Positions 10,266 to 20,689 of a stretch of DNA of 64,000 nt are shown here, one piece after another. The notes beneath the pieces are model-generated. The model saw nothing but the letters and a program-made list of their open reading frames with translations, searched no databases and was not told the origin of the DNA. Both the position numbers and the translations under genes were made by a program. Location: positions 79,123 through 143,122 of the forward strand of contig CAZQQT010000007.1 of the NCBI GenBank assembly GCA_964595645.1. Reading direction: 5' to 3'. Positions within the stretch are counted from its first letter, which is position 1. Every line of letters begins with the position of its first letter. The DNA is from an uncultured Thermococci archaeon (GTDB taxonomy: Archaea > Methanobacteriota_B > Thermococci > Methanofastidiosales > B48-G16).

Positions 10266-10999
10266 AATCTACAGAAAAAGTCTCCCTTGGAAAAACAACA
10301 ATTCACTACAAAATTGTTCGGAGTAAGAGAAAGACGTTGGGAATTAAAGTTGGACTTGAAGAAGGAGTAATTGTTAGAGCACCGACTCACTTACCGGTGG
10401 ACGTTATACGAAAAAAGGTACAAGAAAAGGGGGACTGGATTCTACAAAAACTTGAAAAAATGGGTGAAATTGAGCCGAAACCAGCTCCTAAAGAATTTAT
10501 GAGTGGAGAAAAATTGCCGTATTTAGGAAGAAGATATAGGTTAAAGGTTAATAAGGAAAATAATAGTTCTAAAGAAGTTGATGTGAGATTATATCGTGGT
10601 AAATTTTATATTGGCCTCAGCTCTCAGATAAACGAGAGTGAGAGAAGGACGAAAATACGGCAAGCGCTAATCAAATGGTATAGATCGCACGCACAAAAAA
10701 GAATCGCAGAAAGAGTAGAGAAGTATCAATCCAAAATTGGTGTAACGCCTGCGAAAGTAAAGGTAAAGCATCAAAAGAAACGGTGGGGGAGTTGCTCCAA
10801 CAAGCGCAACCTGAACTTCAACTGGAGAATTATCATGGCCCCGATATCGCTTGTTGACTACGTGGTAGTACACGAACTTACTCATCTTAAGTACCCACAT
10901 CACTCAAAAGAGTTCTGGGATACTATTGCATCAATTCTTCCTGACTATAAAGAAAGACGTGAAAGGTTAAGGGTAAAGGGAAACACGTTAGAATTTTAG
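10262..10999 (+). CDS. M48/YgjP (DUF45)-family metal-dependent hydrolase
   Basis: KKRWGSCS and YVVVHELTHL...HSKEFW; typical position after hsdR. Confidence 0.92.
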   Translation: MKSTEKVSLGKTTIHYKIVRSKRKTLGIKVGLEEGVIVRAPTHLPVDVIRKKVQEKGDWILQKLEKMGEIEPKPAPKEFMSGEKLPYLGRRYRLKVNKENNSSKEVDVRLYRGKFYIGLSSQINESERRTKIRQALIKWYRSHAQKRIAERVEKYQSKIGVTPAKVKVKHQKKRWGSCSNKRNLNFNWRIIMAPISLVDYVVVHELTHLKYPHHSKEFWDTIASILPDYKERRERLRVKGNTLEF

Positions 11000-11065
11000 A
11001 TAGAGAGAATAGTATAGTAGAAGATTTATAAAGATCATCTGCGAAGAGAGAGGAGGGTGTGTGGT

Positions 11066-11767
11066 ATGAAAAATTCATTCACGCTTCGTGAACTGCCAGA
11101 AGAAGAAAGACCAAGAGAGCGTCTTCAAACTCTTGGAGTGAATTATCTCTCAATGCAAGAACTATTAGCCTTAGTAATTGAAAGGGGAAGTAGAGGAAAG
11201 AATGTGTTGACTATTGCCCAAGAACTCCTCGCTACGTTCGGGAACCTCTCCAAAATCAAAGAAGCTTCCATAGAACAACTTCAACAGGTCGATGGAATCG
11301 GGATTGCTACTGCATGTAAGCTAAAGGCCTCGCTAAAATTAGGTGAAAAAGCATTGATCGTGCACGAACGGTATGGACAAAAAGTGGAATCACCGGAAAA
11401 TATATTCCATTTACTTAAAAATGACCTGGGAAACAAAAAGAGAGAACATTTTAAAATAATCTTATTGAACACGAAAAAACATATTATAGCCATTGAAAAT
11501 ATCTCTATCGGATCTTTAAATAGTAGCATTGCACACCCACGAGAGATATTCCGTTCTGCTATTCAACATGCAGCGGATTCTGTAATTTTGGTGCATAATC
11601 ATCCTTCGGGTGATCCTAGTCCAAGTGATGACGATATTGAGCTCACTGAAAGACTCATAAAGGTGGGAGATATTTTGGGTATAAAAGTAGTAGACCATGT
11701 GATTATCGCTGGTAAGTCCTTCGTGAACCTTCGGGGGGAGGAAGAAACTGCTGGAATATGGAAATAA
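11066..11767 (+). CDS. radC: RadC/UPF0758 JAB-domain protein
   Basis: ERPRERL N-terminus, HhH, HPREIF, HNHPSGDPSPSDDD, DHVII. Confidence 0.93.
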   Translation: MKNSFTLRELPEEERPRERLQTLGVNYLSMQELLALVIERGSRGKNVLTIAQELLATFGNLSKIKEASIEQLQQVDGIGIATACKLKASLKLGEKALIVHERYGQKVESPENIFHLLKNDLGNKKREHFKIILLNTKKHIIAIENISIGSLNSSIAHPREIFRSAIQHAADSVILVHNHPSGDPSPSDDDIELTERLIKVGDILGIKVVDHVIIAGKSFVNLRGEEETAGIWK

Positions 11768-11812
11768 AGTATCTTAAGCTCATATCAAATCTTTGCATAG
11801 GAGTACCACAAT

Positions 11813-12052
11813 TTACTTCTCCTCTTCTATCTCCTCAAGTCGCTCCTTGTATTTCCCCATCATGGAGAGCGAGATACCAAACGCAATGGCCAGGATCATG
11901 AAGGGAATGAACGCTGCCAGCCACCACGTCGAGTCGAGCACCTCAAGTACCGCGGTAAGAAGCGCCGGAGGGAACAGTGCACCGCCCAAGATCTTGGTAT
12001 ATCGCCTCCAGTGAGCAAGCTGTGATCTGAGAGTTCGTTCGTCGTCATTCAT
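11813..12052 (-). CDS. Small membrane protein (2 TM)
   Basis: Two hydrophobic segments; divergent from the ArsR gene. Confidence 0.65.
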   Translation of the reverse strand: MNDDERTLRSQLAHWRRYTKILGGALFPPALLTAVLEVLDSTWWLAAFIPFMILAIAFGISLSMMGKYKERLEEIEEEK

Positions 12053-12139
12053 TATGGAGCGTATCTCACCACATCTTAAAGTAGATTGTGCCCTGGGACC
12101 ATCACAACGTTTTTAAAGTGATAGACTAGAATATTATAG

Positions 12140-12508
12140 GTGACTACTCAAATGTGCTCACATACCTCACACCACAAAAAACCCGTCGATAGACGGATAG
12201 AGAGACTCCAGGAGCTGGCAAAGGCCCTCCACTGTCCCACACGGTGGAAGATCATCGCAATCCTCGGATCGGAGACGGCAACGACAAGCGAGATACGTGA
12301 CGAGCTCCACACCCACGGGTACGAGATCACGCAGTCCTGTCTGTACTACCACCTCGCCGAGCTAAAAAATGCAGAACTCATCGAGGTTGCAGCGTTCGTC
12401 GAGGAAGGACAGGGAGCCCCCGAGAAGACGTGGAAACTCACCAGCGAACAAATCGTTATCGATCTGATCGAGACGGCAGGTGACGCCAATGAAGATCATC
12501 CGCGCTGA
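12140..12508 (+). CDS. ArsR-family winged-helix regulator
   Basis: AKALHCPTRWKII...LYYHLAELKNAELIE. Confidence 0.85.
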   Translation: MTTQMCSHTSHHKKPVDRRIERLQELAKALHCPTRWKIIAILGSETATTSEIRDELHTHGYEITQSCLYYHLAELKNAELIEVAAFVEEGQGAPEKTWKLTSEQIVIDLIETAGDANEDHPR

Positions 12509-13415
12509 ACAGCTCGACAAATCCTTCGACGGGATCCACGCCGTTGACGGCGTCTCCTTCTCGGTATCCAAGGGCGAGATATTCGGGTTTCTCGGGCCCA
12601 ACGGCGCCGGCAAAACAACGACGGTGAGGATCTTCACCGGGGTGATCACTCCCGATGTGGGAACCGCCTGGATCCACGGGAAGAACGTCAGAGAAAATCC
12701 AACCGGTGCGAAGGAGAATATCGGTATCGTCCCCGAGACGGCAAACGCCTATATCGATATGACCGGCTGGCAGAACATGATGCTGATGGGCGAGCTCTAC
12801 GGTGTCCCGAAACAGCGGAGAGAAGCACGGGCAGAGACGCTGATGGACCGTTTCGGCCTTAAAGAGCGATCCCACGATATCGTCAAGGGGTACAGCAAGG
12901 GGATGAAAAAGCGGCTGCTCCTGGCCATGGCCATGATCCACGACCCCTCGATACTGTTTCTCGATGAACCCATCGCCGGACTGGACGTGCAGAGCCAGCG
13001 GCTGATCAAGCAGCGAACCCGTGAACTCCACGCCCAGGGAAAAACAATATTTTTAACAACGCACAACATCCCCGTAGCCAATGAACTCTGCACCCGGGTG
13101 GCAGTGATCAACCACGGAAAAATCGCCGCCATCGACACCCCCGAGACCTTAAAAAGCGAGATGAAAGGAACGCAGTCCGTCGAGGTACGGTTCGCCTCAC
13201 AGCCGCCGCAGAATATGCTGAAGGAACGCATCAGCGCAGAAAAAATCGAAATACGAGGCGATCGATACCGAATTTACACCGCCGATCCCGTCGCCACGGT
13301 GGAAGCACTCCTCCAGCTCGCACGGAACGAAGGGAGGAAAATCCTCTCACTGCAGACGCTGGGCCCCAGCCTCGAAGACGTCTTTGTCGAGCTCACGGAG
13401 GGTGCGCGCCCATGA
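12489..13415 (+). CDS. ABC transporter ATP-binding protein (DrrA-like)
   Basis: GPNGAGKTT, YSKGMKKRL, LDEP, SLEDVF. Confidence 0.95.
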   Translation: MKIIRAEQLDKSFDGIHAVDGVSFSVSKGEIFGFLGPNGAGKTTTVRIFTGVITPDVGTAWIHGKNVRENPTGAKENIGIVPETANAYIDMTGWQNMMLMGELYGVPKQRREARAETLMDRFGLKERSHDIVKGYSKGMKKRLLLAMAMIHDPSILFLDEPIAGLDVQSQRLIKQRTRELHAQGKTIFLTTHNIPVANELCTRVAVINHGKIAAIDTPETLKSEMKGTQSVEVRFASQPPQNMLKERISAEKIEIRGDRYRIYTADPVATVEALLQLARNEGRKILSLQTLGPSLEDVFVELTEGARP

Positions 13416-14155
13416 TCCAACTGAGCAAATCCATTGCCGTCGCCAAGAAGAACCTTCGTATTTACTACGCGAAGGGACCGGTAGTCATCTTCGGTATGTT
13501 GTTACCCTTCTTCTTTTTCCTGGCATTCTGGATGGGGAGGGAGATGCCCGCCACCATGCTGGGCACAGGACTCGTGGGAATGGCAATCTGGTTTACCGCC
13601 ACGTCCATCAGCCCGGTGATCACGCCGTGGGAAACGAGGACGAAGACGCTTGAACGGCTCGTCTCATCTCCCATCAGCCACGCCGGAATCTTACTCGGTG
13701 ATGTCCTGTCCTCGGCGTTGATAGGTATCGTGATGACCGCAGCGCCGGTGCTAATCGCCCTTTTCTTTCTCGAACTGACGATTGTCCACCCGCTCCTCCT
13801 CTTCATCGGGATTCTCCTGGCAAGCCTGTGCTTCTCGACCATCGGCGTGCTGATGGCGGCCTTCCCCACCGATACGCCTGCAGACGTGATGATGCTCTCC
13901 ACGTTGGTCAAGTTCCCCATGGTCTTCATCAGCGGGATTTTCATTCCGATCCACGAGCTTCCTGCGTGGGGAACGGCGGTGGCCCATCTCTCCCCGCTGA
14001 CCTACCTCACCGATCTCACCCGCCACTGTTTTGGCGGGGGTGACGCATTCTGGCCCTCACCACTCCACGATATCCTCATCCTCATGGGATTCACCGTGCT
14101 CTTCGCGGTAGTAGCTGTGGTATCCCACAGAAAAACACTGCCGGGCAGGCTGTAA
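13412..14155 (+). CDS. ABC-2 type permease
   Basis: About 6 TM, SGIFIPIHELP, SPLTY; ATGA overlap. Confidence 0.92.
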   Translation: MIQLSKSIAVAKKNLRIYYAKGPVVIFGMLLPFFFFLAFWMGREMPATMLGTGLVGMAIWFTATSISPVITPWETRTKTLERLVSSPISHAGILLGDVLSSALIGIVMTAAPVLIALFFLELTIVHPLLLFIGILLASLCFSTIGVLMAAFPTDTPADVMMLSTLVKFPMVFISGIFIPIHELPAWGTAVAHLSPLTYLTDLTRHCFGGGDAFWPSPLHDILILMGFTVLFAVVAVVSHRKTLPGRL

Positions 14156-14251
14156 TACTGCGCGAGTGTACCACGGAGCGACCTTGTTGACTGTTGAACG
14201 TGGAGAGAGGGTGCACACCATGAAACCGAGGTTTACTGAGCAGGTGATCAC

Positions 14252-16054
14252 ATGTCGAAAACGAAAAGGAAACATCCAAGAAAAAAAGGTAAGCGCACGA
14301 ACACCCGCATGATCCCCACGTTGGGGAGGTTAGGCGGATACGCCCGACGCCACTGGCTGAAGATTGCCGGTGCCATGGTAGCCGTGGTGATCTCCACGGC
14401 CTTGGGGCTCGTTCCTCCCTGGCTCATCCGGTACGGCGTGGATACCATAATACTGAAAGGGAGGACGGATCGTCTCGTGATTATAGGGTTGGCAATGGTC
14501 GGTACCGCCGTACTGAAGGGGTTTTTTGACTTTGTAAAAAGTTATGTATCGGAGTACATCGCACAAACCATCATCCATGACATCCGCGTGAACCTGTACG
14601 AACATCTCACCACCCTCTCATTTTCCTTTTACGATGAATCGAGAACAGGCGATCTCATGTCCCGGCTCACCGCCGATGCAGACTCACTTCGCCGTTTCCT
14701 GGGGAGAGTGAGTACCTACGTTTCTGAGAATATCCTGACCATCGCCGGTATTCTAGTGGTCATGATGATCTGGGACTACCGTCTGGGAATGCTGTACCTG
14801 TTGCTCCTTCCGTTCATGGTTTTCGGAATGACCATATACGCCACCAGAGTGAGACCGATGTTTCGGAAGGTACGGCGAACATTTGCCGCGCTGACCCATG
14901 TAGTCCAGGAAAACTTCGTTGGCATCGAGGTAATCAAGCTTTTTGGAAGAGAACGCGAGGAAGAAAAAAAGTTTCACGCACAAAACAAGCAGTACATCGA
15001 CATCAATATAGAAGCAGCTAAAGTCTCAGCGTTGTGGATGCCGTATGTCCATTTTCTTATGGGGTTGGGCACCGCGTTAGTTGTGTGGTACGGCGGTCGG
15101 CTGGTCATCACCGACGTGATTTCTCTGGGGACGTTGGCAGGGTTTATCAGCTACATTGCGATGCTGCTGCGTCCTGTGAGACAGACGGGAATGATGATAA
15201 ACTTCAGCAGCCAGGCTGTGGCTGCCGCCGAAAGAATATTTGAAGTGATGGACACCTCCTCGGAGATAGAAGACGCCCCCGATGCCTACGATCTACCCGC
15301 AGTGGAAGGTGAGGTAGAAGTTAACGATGTCAGTTTTTCCTACCGGGGAGGAACACAGGTGTTGAAGGATATCAACATCCACGTAGCGCCGGGACAGACA
15401 GTGGCGATAGTGGGCCCCACCGGCGCCGGAAAAAGCACGTTGCTCCATCTCCTCCCTCGATTTTACGATCCCGACGAGGGACAGATCCTCATAGATGGAC
15501 ACGATATCAGGGAGGTCACACTCAACAGTTTGAGAAAACAGGTGGGGATTGTACTGCAACACACCTTTCTGTTCGGAGCCTCTATCAGAGAGAATATCTC
15601 CTACGGTAAGCCGGAAGCCCCCATGGACAAGATCATTGAATGTGCTAAAATTGCGCAGATCCATGAGTTCATTGAATCGTTGCCCCTCGGGTATGAGACG
15701 CCGATAGGAGAACGGGGCGTGAACTTATCCGGAGGGCAAAAACAGCGGTTGGCCATGGCCAGAGTGTTACTGACCGATCCGGCGTTACTGATACTGGATG
15801 AACCCACCTCCAGTATCGATGCTGAGACAGAGGAGAGAATGCGGGAGGCCATGAAGGACGTGATTAAAGATAGAACAACGTTTGTGATTGCACATAGACT
15901 GTGGACGGTAAAACATGCAGATAAAATTCTGGTAATTAAAAACGGCGAGATAGTAGAAAAAGGAACACATCACGAACTACTTTCTCGTGGCGAAGGGTTC
16001 TATACGGACGTATATCAACAGGTCCTGAAAAACGAAGAGGCAGGTGAGAAATAA
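14252..16054 (+). CDS. ABC exporter, fused TMD-NBD (heterodimer subunit 1)
   Basis: GPTGAGKS, LSGGQKQR, LDEP. Confidence 0.95.
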   Translation: MSKTKRKHPRKKGKRTNTRMIPTLGRLGGYARRHWLKIAGAMVAVVISTALGLVPPWLIRYGVDTIILKGRTDRLVIIGLAMVGTAVLKGFFDFVKSYVSEYIAQTIIHDIRVNLYEHLTTLSFSFYDESRTGDLMSRLTADADSLRRFLGRVSTYVSENILTIAGILVVMMIWDYRLGMLYLLLLPFMVFGMTIYATRVRPMFRKVRRTFAALTHVVQENFVGIEVIKLFGREREEEKKFHAQNKQYIDINIEAAKVSALWMPYVHFLMGLGTALVVWYGGRLVITDVISLGTLAGFISYIAMLLRPVRQTGMMINFSSQAVAAAERIFEVMDTSSEIEDAPDAYDLPAVEGEVEVNDVSFSYRGGTQVLKDINIHVAPGQTVAIVGPTGAGKSTLLHLLPRFYDPDEGQILIDGHDIREVTLNSLRKQVGIVLQHTFLFGASIRENISYGKPEAPMDKIIECAKIAQIHEFIESLPLGYETPIGERGVNLSGGQKQRLAMARVLLTDPALLILDEPTSSIDAETEERMREAMKDVIKDRTTFVIAHRLWTVKHADKILVIKNGEIVEKGTHHELLSRGEGFYTDVYQQVLKNEEAGEK

Positions 16055-17844
16055 TGCGAGGCGGATTCGGTCGTAGAATTTCATCGGGTGATGAAGAAGA
16101 TTTCTCCTTGAAACAGCTGGATAAACGAGCACTGAAATTTCTATTGAAATATCTCAAAAAACACACGAAGGTCCTATTGATCGCCATCGCCTGTATGGTG
16201 ATAGTCACGTTGGCCAGTCTCGCCGGTCCCTTTTTAATCAAGATAGCCGTTGATGACTACATCATGGAGGGGGATATGGCTGGACTGAACTGGGTAGTGA
16301 TACTGATGGTACTCTCGTATGGGATATACTGGCTTTTTTCCTACTTTCAGACCTACCTCTCCAACTGGATAGGGCAGAAGATCGTGGGAGATATCAGAGA
16401 GGATCTTTACCGTCATCTTCAGGAACTCTCCATCGACTTTTTCCACAAGCGCAATACAGGAGACATCATGTCTCGGGTTACCCATGATGTGAACGCCCTC
16501 TCCGATCTGGTGTCAACAGGGTTTGTCCACCTGCTCAATGATCTCCTCACCGTCACAGGGATTGTGGTAATAATGGTGGTATTAGACGTGAAACTGGCCC
16601 TGGTAAGTTTCATTACCATCCCCTTCATTTTCTTTGTGGTATACGTTCTTGGCAAAAGGATGAGGAAAGCATACAGAGGAGTCAGAGAAAAGCTGGCCGA
16701 ACTAAACGCTGATGTTGAAGAAAATTTATCTGGAATTAGACTGATTCAAGCGTTAAATAGAGAGTCAATAAACACGGGCAAATTCAGTAGGTTGAGCTGG
16801 GAAAATTTAAAGGCAAACCTGAAGGCGGCCTCCTACTTCTCCCTTTTATTCCCAGTAATGAACCTGAGCAAAGTGTTCGGAGAAGCGTTGGTACTGGGAT
16901 ACGGAGGCTGGGGAATTGTTGAAGGAACCATCTCGTTAGGAGTTGTAATGGCTTTTATGGAATATGTACGGAGATTTTTTGCGCCGCTGGCTGATTTAAG
17001 CCAGGTGTACAATACGTACCAATCTGCCGGTGCGGCCTTAGACCGAATCTATGAGTACACGTCCATCGAACCCACAATTGAAGAGCCGGAGACCCCCGTA
17101 TCGCCGGGAACGGATGTAAAGGGACGGATCGAGTTTAACCATGTGACGTTTAATTACGGGAAAGAACCGGTGATCGATGGGTTGAACCTGCGGATTGATC
17201 CGGGAGAGGTATTGGCCCTGGTAGGTCCTACCGGCGCAGGAAAAACAACGATTGTGAACCTTTTGACAAGACTCTACGATGTGGATCACGGTGAAATTTT
17301 AATAGATGGAATCAACATAAAACAATACTCTATACACACTCTTCGATCCCTCATTTCAGTTGTGCCCCAGAATATATTCCTTTTTGATACCTCCATAAAA
17401 AACAATATTCGCTACGGTAAGCCGGGAGCCAGTGACAAGGAGATAGTTGAAATAACCAAACAGGTACAGGCCCATGAGTTCATCAAGGATTTGCCTAAAG
17501 GATATGAGACCCGTGTCGGTGAAGGAGGAGTCAAGCTTTCCGGCGGTCAGAAACAGTTGGTTTCATTCGCCCGGGCAATGCTGGCCGATCCTACAATACT
17601 GATCCTTGATGAAGCCACCTCCAGTGTGGATGCCTACACAGAAGTCCTCATCCAGCGGGCCATGGAAACGTTGTTAAAAGGGAGGACGGTACTGATGATC
17701 GCCCACCGGTTTGCTACGCTGAATAAGGCAGAGAGAATCGGTGTGGTAGAAAATGGAAGAGTGACCGACACCGGCACTCATGACGAGCTTATGGAAAGAA
17801 ACAAGGTGTATCGGGATCTGTATACCACGCAAAAAAGGGGTTAA
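16054..17844 (+). CDS. ABC exporter, fused TMD-NBD (heterodimer subunit 2)
   Basis: GPTGAGKTT, LSGGQKQL, LDEATSSVD, IAHR. Confidence 0.95.
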   Translation: MRGGFGRRISSGDEEDFSLKQLDKRALKFLLKYLKKHTKVLLIAIACMVIVTLASLAGPFLIKIAVDDYIMEGDMAGLNWVVILMVLSYGIYWLFSYFQTYLSNWIGQKIVGDIREDLYRHLQELSIDFFHKRNTGDIMSRVTHDVNALSDLVSTGFVHLLNDLLTVTGIVVIMVVLDVKLALVSFITIPFIFFVVYVLGKRMRKAYRGVREKLAELNADVEENLSGIRLIQALNRESINTGKFSRLSWENLKANLKAASYFSLLFPVMNLSKVFGEALVLGYGGWGIVEGTISLGVVMAFMEYVRRFFAPLADLSQVYNTYQSAGAALDRIYEYTSIEPTIEEPETPVSPGTDVKGRIEFNHVTFNYGKEPVIDGLNLRIDPGEVLALVGPTGAGKTTIVNLLTRLYDVDHGEILIDGINIKQYSIHTLRSLISVVPQNIFLFDTSIKNNIRYGKPGASDKEIVEITKQVQAHEFIKDLPKGYETRVGEGGVKLSGGQKQLVSFARAMLADPTILILDEATSSVDAYTEVLIQRAMETLLKGRTVLMIAHRFATLNKAERIGVVENGRVTDTGTHDELMERNKVYRDLYTTQKRG

Positions 17845-17859
17845 AAAATAGAAGATTTC

Positions 17860-17960
17860 TTGAAGAAGGTGGAGAACAGATATAATCCGGAAAAAATCCT
17901 TGTGTTCGGCAGTAGAGCACGGGACGATCACCTCACTACCAGCGACTATGACGTGGTCAC
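17860..17960 (+). pseudogene. Fragment of a minimal nucleotidyltransferase (MNT)
   Basis: PEKILVFGSRARDD...SDYDVV, then similarity ends. Confidence 0.65.
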
Positions 17961-18123
17961 AAGTTTGAAGATATCCCCTTTCTTGAGAGAATCTCTCAAC
18001 TCCCCTTCATTCATCATACGATGCATCATATTTCGCTACATGTACGTAGGTTGTAGTTCTCCTAAGTGCCTAGAATAAGAATATACCATATTGGAGATAT
18101 ATTTAAATAATACGAAACGCTAG

Positions 18124-18474
18124 ATGTACATGGAGATGGAGAGAAAAATGAAAGAAGTAAAAGAAGTGTCGGAGGCAGTGAAAAGCATTCTAGACGAGAT
18201 GGGAGTCGAATATAGAGAAGTGATGTTATTTGGGAGTAGAGCTACAGATATGTCTGAAAAAGAGAGTGATTGGGACCTTTTGGTGGTCCTTAAGAATCCT
18301 ATCAATGCAAAAGAAAAGAAAACCCTGTGGGTTGAGATACATGAAAAATTCCATGAACGGTTCCCCTTTACGTCTATCGACATTATCGTAAAAGACGCAG
18401 ACTCGTTTGAGAGGGAAAAAACAATCGCGAATACCATCTCCAATGAAGTGTATTTGGAAGGAATCCGTATATGA
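18124..18474 (+). CDS. Minimal nucleotidyltransferase (MNT antitoxin)
   Basis: LFGSRA...ESDWDLLVV. Confidence 0.9.
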   Translation: MYMEMERKMKEVKEVSEAVKSILDEMGVEYREVMLFGSRATDMSEKESDWDLLVVLKNPINAKEKKTLWVEIHEKFHERFPFTSIDIIVKDADSFEREKTIANTISNEVYLEGIRI

Positions 18475-18735
18475 AAGAAAAAATAGTACTCCGTTGGATG
18501 GAAAAGGCAAGGAATGATCTGAAAGTTGTCGAGCATTAAATAGGCGTAGACGACGCACCCACAGATATGCTCTTATTTCATTGTCAGTAAGCCGTTGAGA
18601 AATACCTAAAGGCCTACTTGACATGGTGCGATGTCCGAATTAGAAAAACACATGATCTTGAAACTATTCTCTATCACTGTATAGAAAAGGGTAAAAAATT
18701 TTATAGCCGAAAGACTAGAGAAAAAAGGATTTAAA
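18471..18735 (+). pseudogene. HEPN-domain toxin pseudogene
   Basis: Reads MKEKIVLRWMEKARNDLKVVEH*...FHCQ*AVEKYLKAYL...RKTHDL; in-frame TAA at 18537 and 18588; ATGA overlap with the MNT gene; C-terminus degenerate. Confidence 0.88.
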
Positions 18736-18904
18736 GGTACTAAAAATAATGAATAGAACGAGAAGATTACTATATAATATTATTTATTTCAAAAAGCGTT
18801 GAAAACGCACCAAGGCTCTGTATATCAAGACCCTGGTACCTGTAAGTGTACTATTCTGTGATCGGAAAGGAAAACATATTTAACGATATACCCACAAAGA
18901 GGGT

Positions 18905-19921
18905 ATGGGATCGGTGGAGAACACACGAATTATCGTGATATCAGACACACACCTGGGACACAGCCGCGCGAATGTCACAGCGTTCAATGCGTTTCTACAA
19001 TGGCTCGCCAAGGGAGATCTCCGGGTACGAACAACAGACGGGGAACGGGAGCTGCCGTACCCCGATACGCTTCTCCTCCTCGGTGATATCCTCGAACTCT
19101 GGGAGCCGGCGAACGACAGTTTCGGATCGGTGGGAGACCAGTCGAAAATGCTGCTGGAGAAACTGATCGAGCTCCCCTGTAAGAAGATCTACGTTCTCGG
19201 GAACCACGACACGAGTCTCGAGGAGCTGCGGGCGAAGAAGTACCGGCTGCCCGGTGGCGACTTCGAGATATTCTACAACCATTTTCCCGCAGAGGTCACG
19301 GATACGGTGACCATCGGGGCACAGAAGTACTTCTTTATGCACGGCCACCAGTTCGACAAAGACACGCGGAAGTTCGGGAAGTGGGGTGAGATCGGTCCGT
19401 CGATCCTCCTCTCCCTACAGAAAATCAATAAGAAGATGTTTCGTCTTCACGGGTTCGGATCGCTCCTGCTCGCACTACTCTTCTACTGTCTCCACCTGTA
19501 CTTCGGCGATACCTGCCCACTCTACGGGACTGCCGCCCTCTCCCCCTTCTGGGGCACGAATCTCCTCTGGCGGATGGGACGGCCTGTGGCGAGACGGTTC
19601 TGTAAGGCGCGGGAGGAGCGTATCTACTCTATTGTGGAACATGGATGGTACGAGGCTGCACGGGACACCATCGCCGCAGACAACCTCGTGTTTGCCCACA
19701 CGCACGCCCCAGGAATCGAACGGGGCGACAGGCTGGAGCGTACCACAGGGAAACGGGTAAACAAGGAGCTGCTGGTGAACAGCGGGTCGTGGTTTTCCGG
19801 GGAGACAATTGAGAACACCTTTCTCTATATCGATGCCGACGCGATCCTCCTTTTTAAATGGGGGGAGATACCGGAGCTCGTGATGAAGCACTCCGTGAGA
19901 GGAGAAGATAAATTTAAATAG
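18905..19921 (+). CDS. Calcineurin-like metallophosphoesterase (LpxH-like) with a hydrophobic insert
   Basis: SDTHLG, LGDILE, GNHD, MHGH, AHTH, NSGSW. Confidence 0.88.
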   Translation: MGSVENTRIIVISDTHLGHSRANVTAFNAFLQWLAKGDLRVRTTDGERELPYPDTLLLLGDILELWEPANDSFGSVGDQSKMLLEKLIELPCKKIYVLGNHDTSLEELRAKKYRLPGGDFEIFYNHFPAEVTDTVTIGAQKYFFMHGHQFDKDTRKFGKWGEIGPSILLSLQKINKKMFRLHGFGSLLLALLFYCLHLYFGDTCPLYGTAALSPFWGTNLLWRMGRPVARRFCKAREERIYSIVEHGWYEAARDTIAADNLVFAHTHAPGIERGDRLERTTGKRVNKELLVNSGSWFSGETIENTFLYIDADAILLFKWGEIPELVMKHSVRGEDKFK

Positions 19922-19949
19922 AAAAAGTAGAAGAGGAGTATAGAGTCCT

Positions 19950-20204
19950 ATGAAATCAGTAGATATTCCTGAGGATGTACTAGCCTCAATAAAAATACCG
20001 GAAGAAGATATGGAGAAAGTGTTAAAGGTAGAGTTGGCGATAGCTCTTTATCAGCGGGGTATTATTTCACTAGGAAAAGCAAGAAAAATGGCAGAAATGG
20101 ACAAATGGGAGTTTTTGGAGGAACTTGGCAAACGAAAAATTTCGCCTCACTACACAGAGAAAGAATTGAAGGAGGATATAAACTTTGCTAGAGGTAATAA
20201 GTAA
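19950..20204 (+). CDS. UPF0175-family antitoxin
   Basis: ELAIALYQRGIISLGKARKMAEMDKWEF. Confidence 0.88.
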   Translation: MKSVDIPEDVLASIKIPEEDMEKVLKVELAIALYQRGIISLGKARKMAEMDKWEFLEELGKRKISPHYTEKELKEDINFARGNK

Positions 20205-20672
20205 CTCATCGCCGCTCATCCATCTTGCGAAAATAGGAAGATTAAATCTATTATCATGCTTTTTTGATGGAGTAGTTATTCCTGAAGCAGTATATAGAGA
20301 ATGTGTTGTTGAAGGGGAAGATAAAAAGGACGCAAAAAGGATTAAAATGGCGGAATGGATTAGTGTAGAAAAAATAAGAAATAAAGAGCTAAAAAAAGCA
20401 TTTATGATGATTTTAGATGAGGGAGAAGCAGAAACAATTGTACTAGCGCTGGAAAAGTCTGCCGATCTTCTCCTCCTAGATGAATATGAAGCAAGAAAAG
20501 TGGCAAGAACCTACAACTTACCTATTACGGGACCATTGGTATACTGCTAAAGGCAACGTATGGAGGAAAAATACCAACACTGAAGAATGAATTGGACAAT
20601 TTAAGAGGTACGGGTTTCTGGTTGCATGAAGAATTATATAAGAAAATATTGAGAAAAGTAGACGAATTATAA
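20185..20672 (+). pseudogene. DUF3368 PIN-domain toxin, frameshifted
   Basis: VISNSSPLIHL, LDEGEAETI, LLLDE; after a 1-nt loss near 20530 the family C-terminus TIGILLKA...GFWL continues in another frame to TAA at 20672. Confidence 0.85.
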
Positions 20673-20689
20673 ATTTAAAACCTCTATTC

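Noticed and set aside
18471-18735. Stop-codon recoding in the HEPN gene
   Set aside because: Both stops are TAA, which is not a Sec or Pyl codon, and the C-terminus is also degenerate, so it is a pseudogene.
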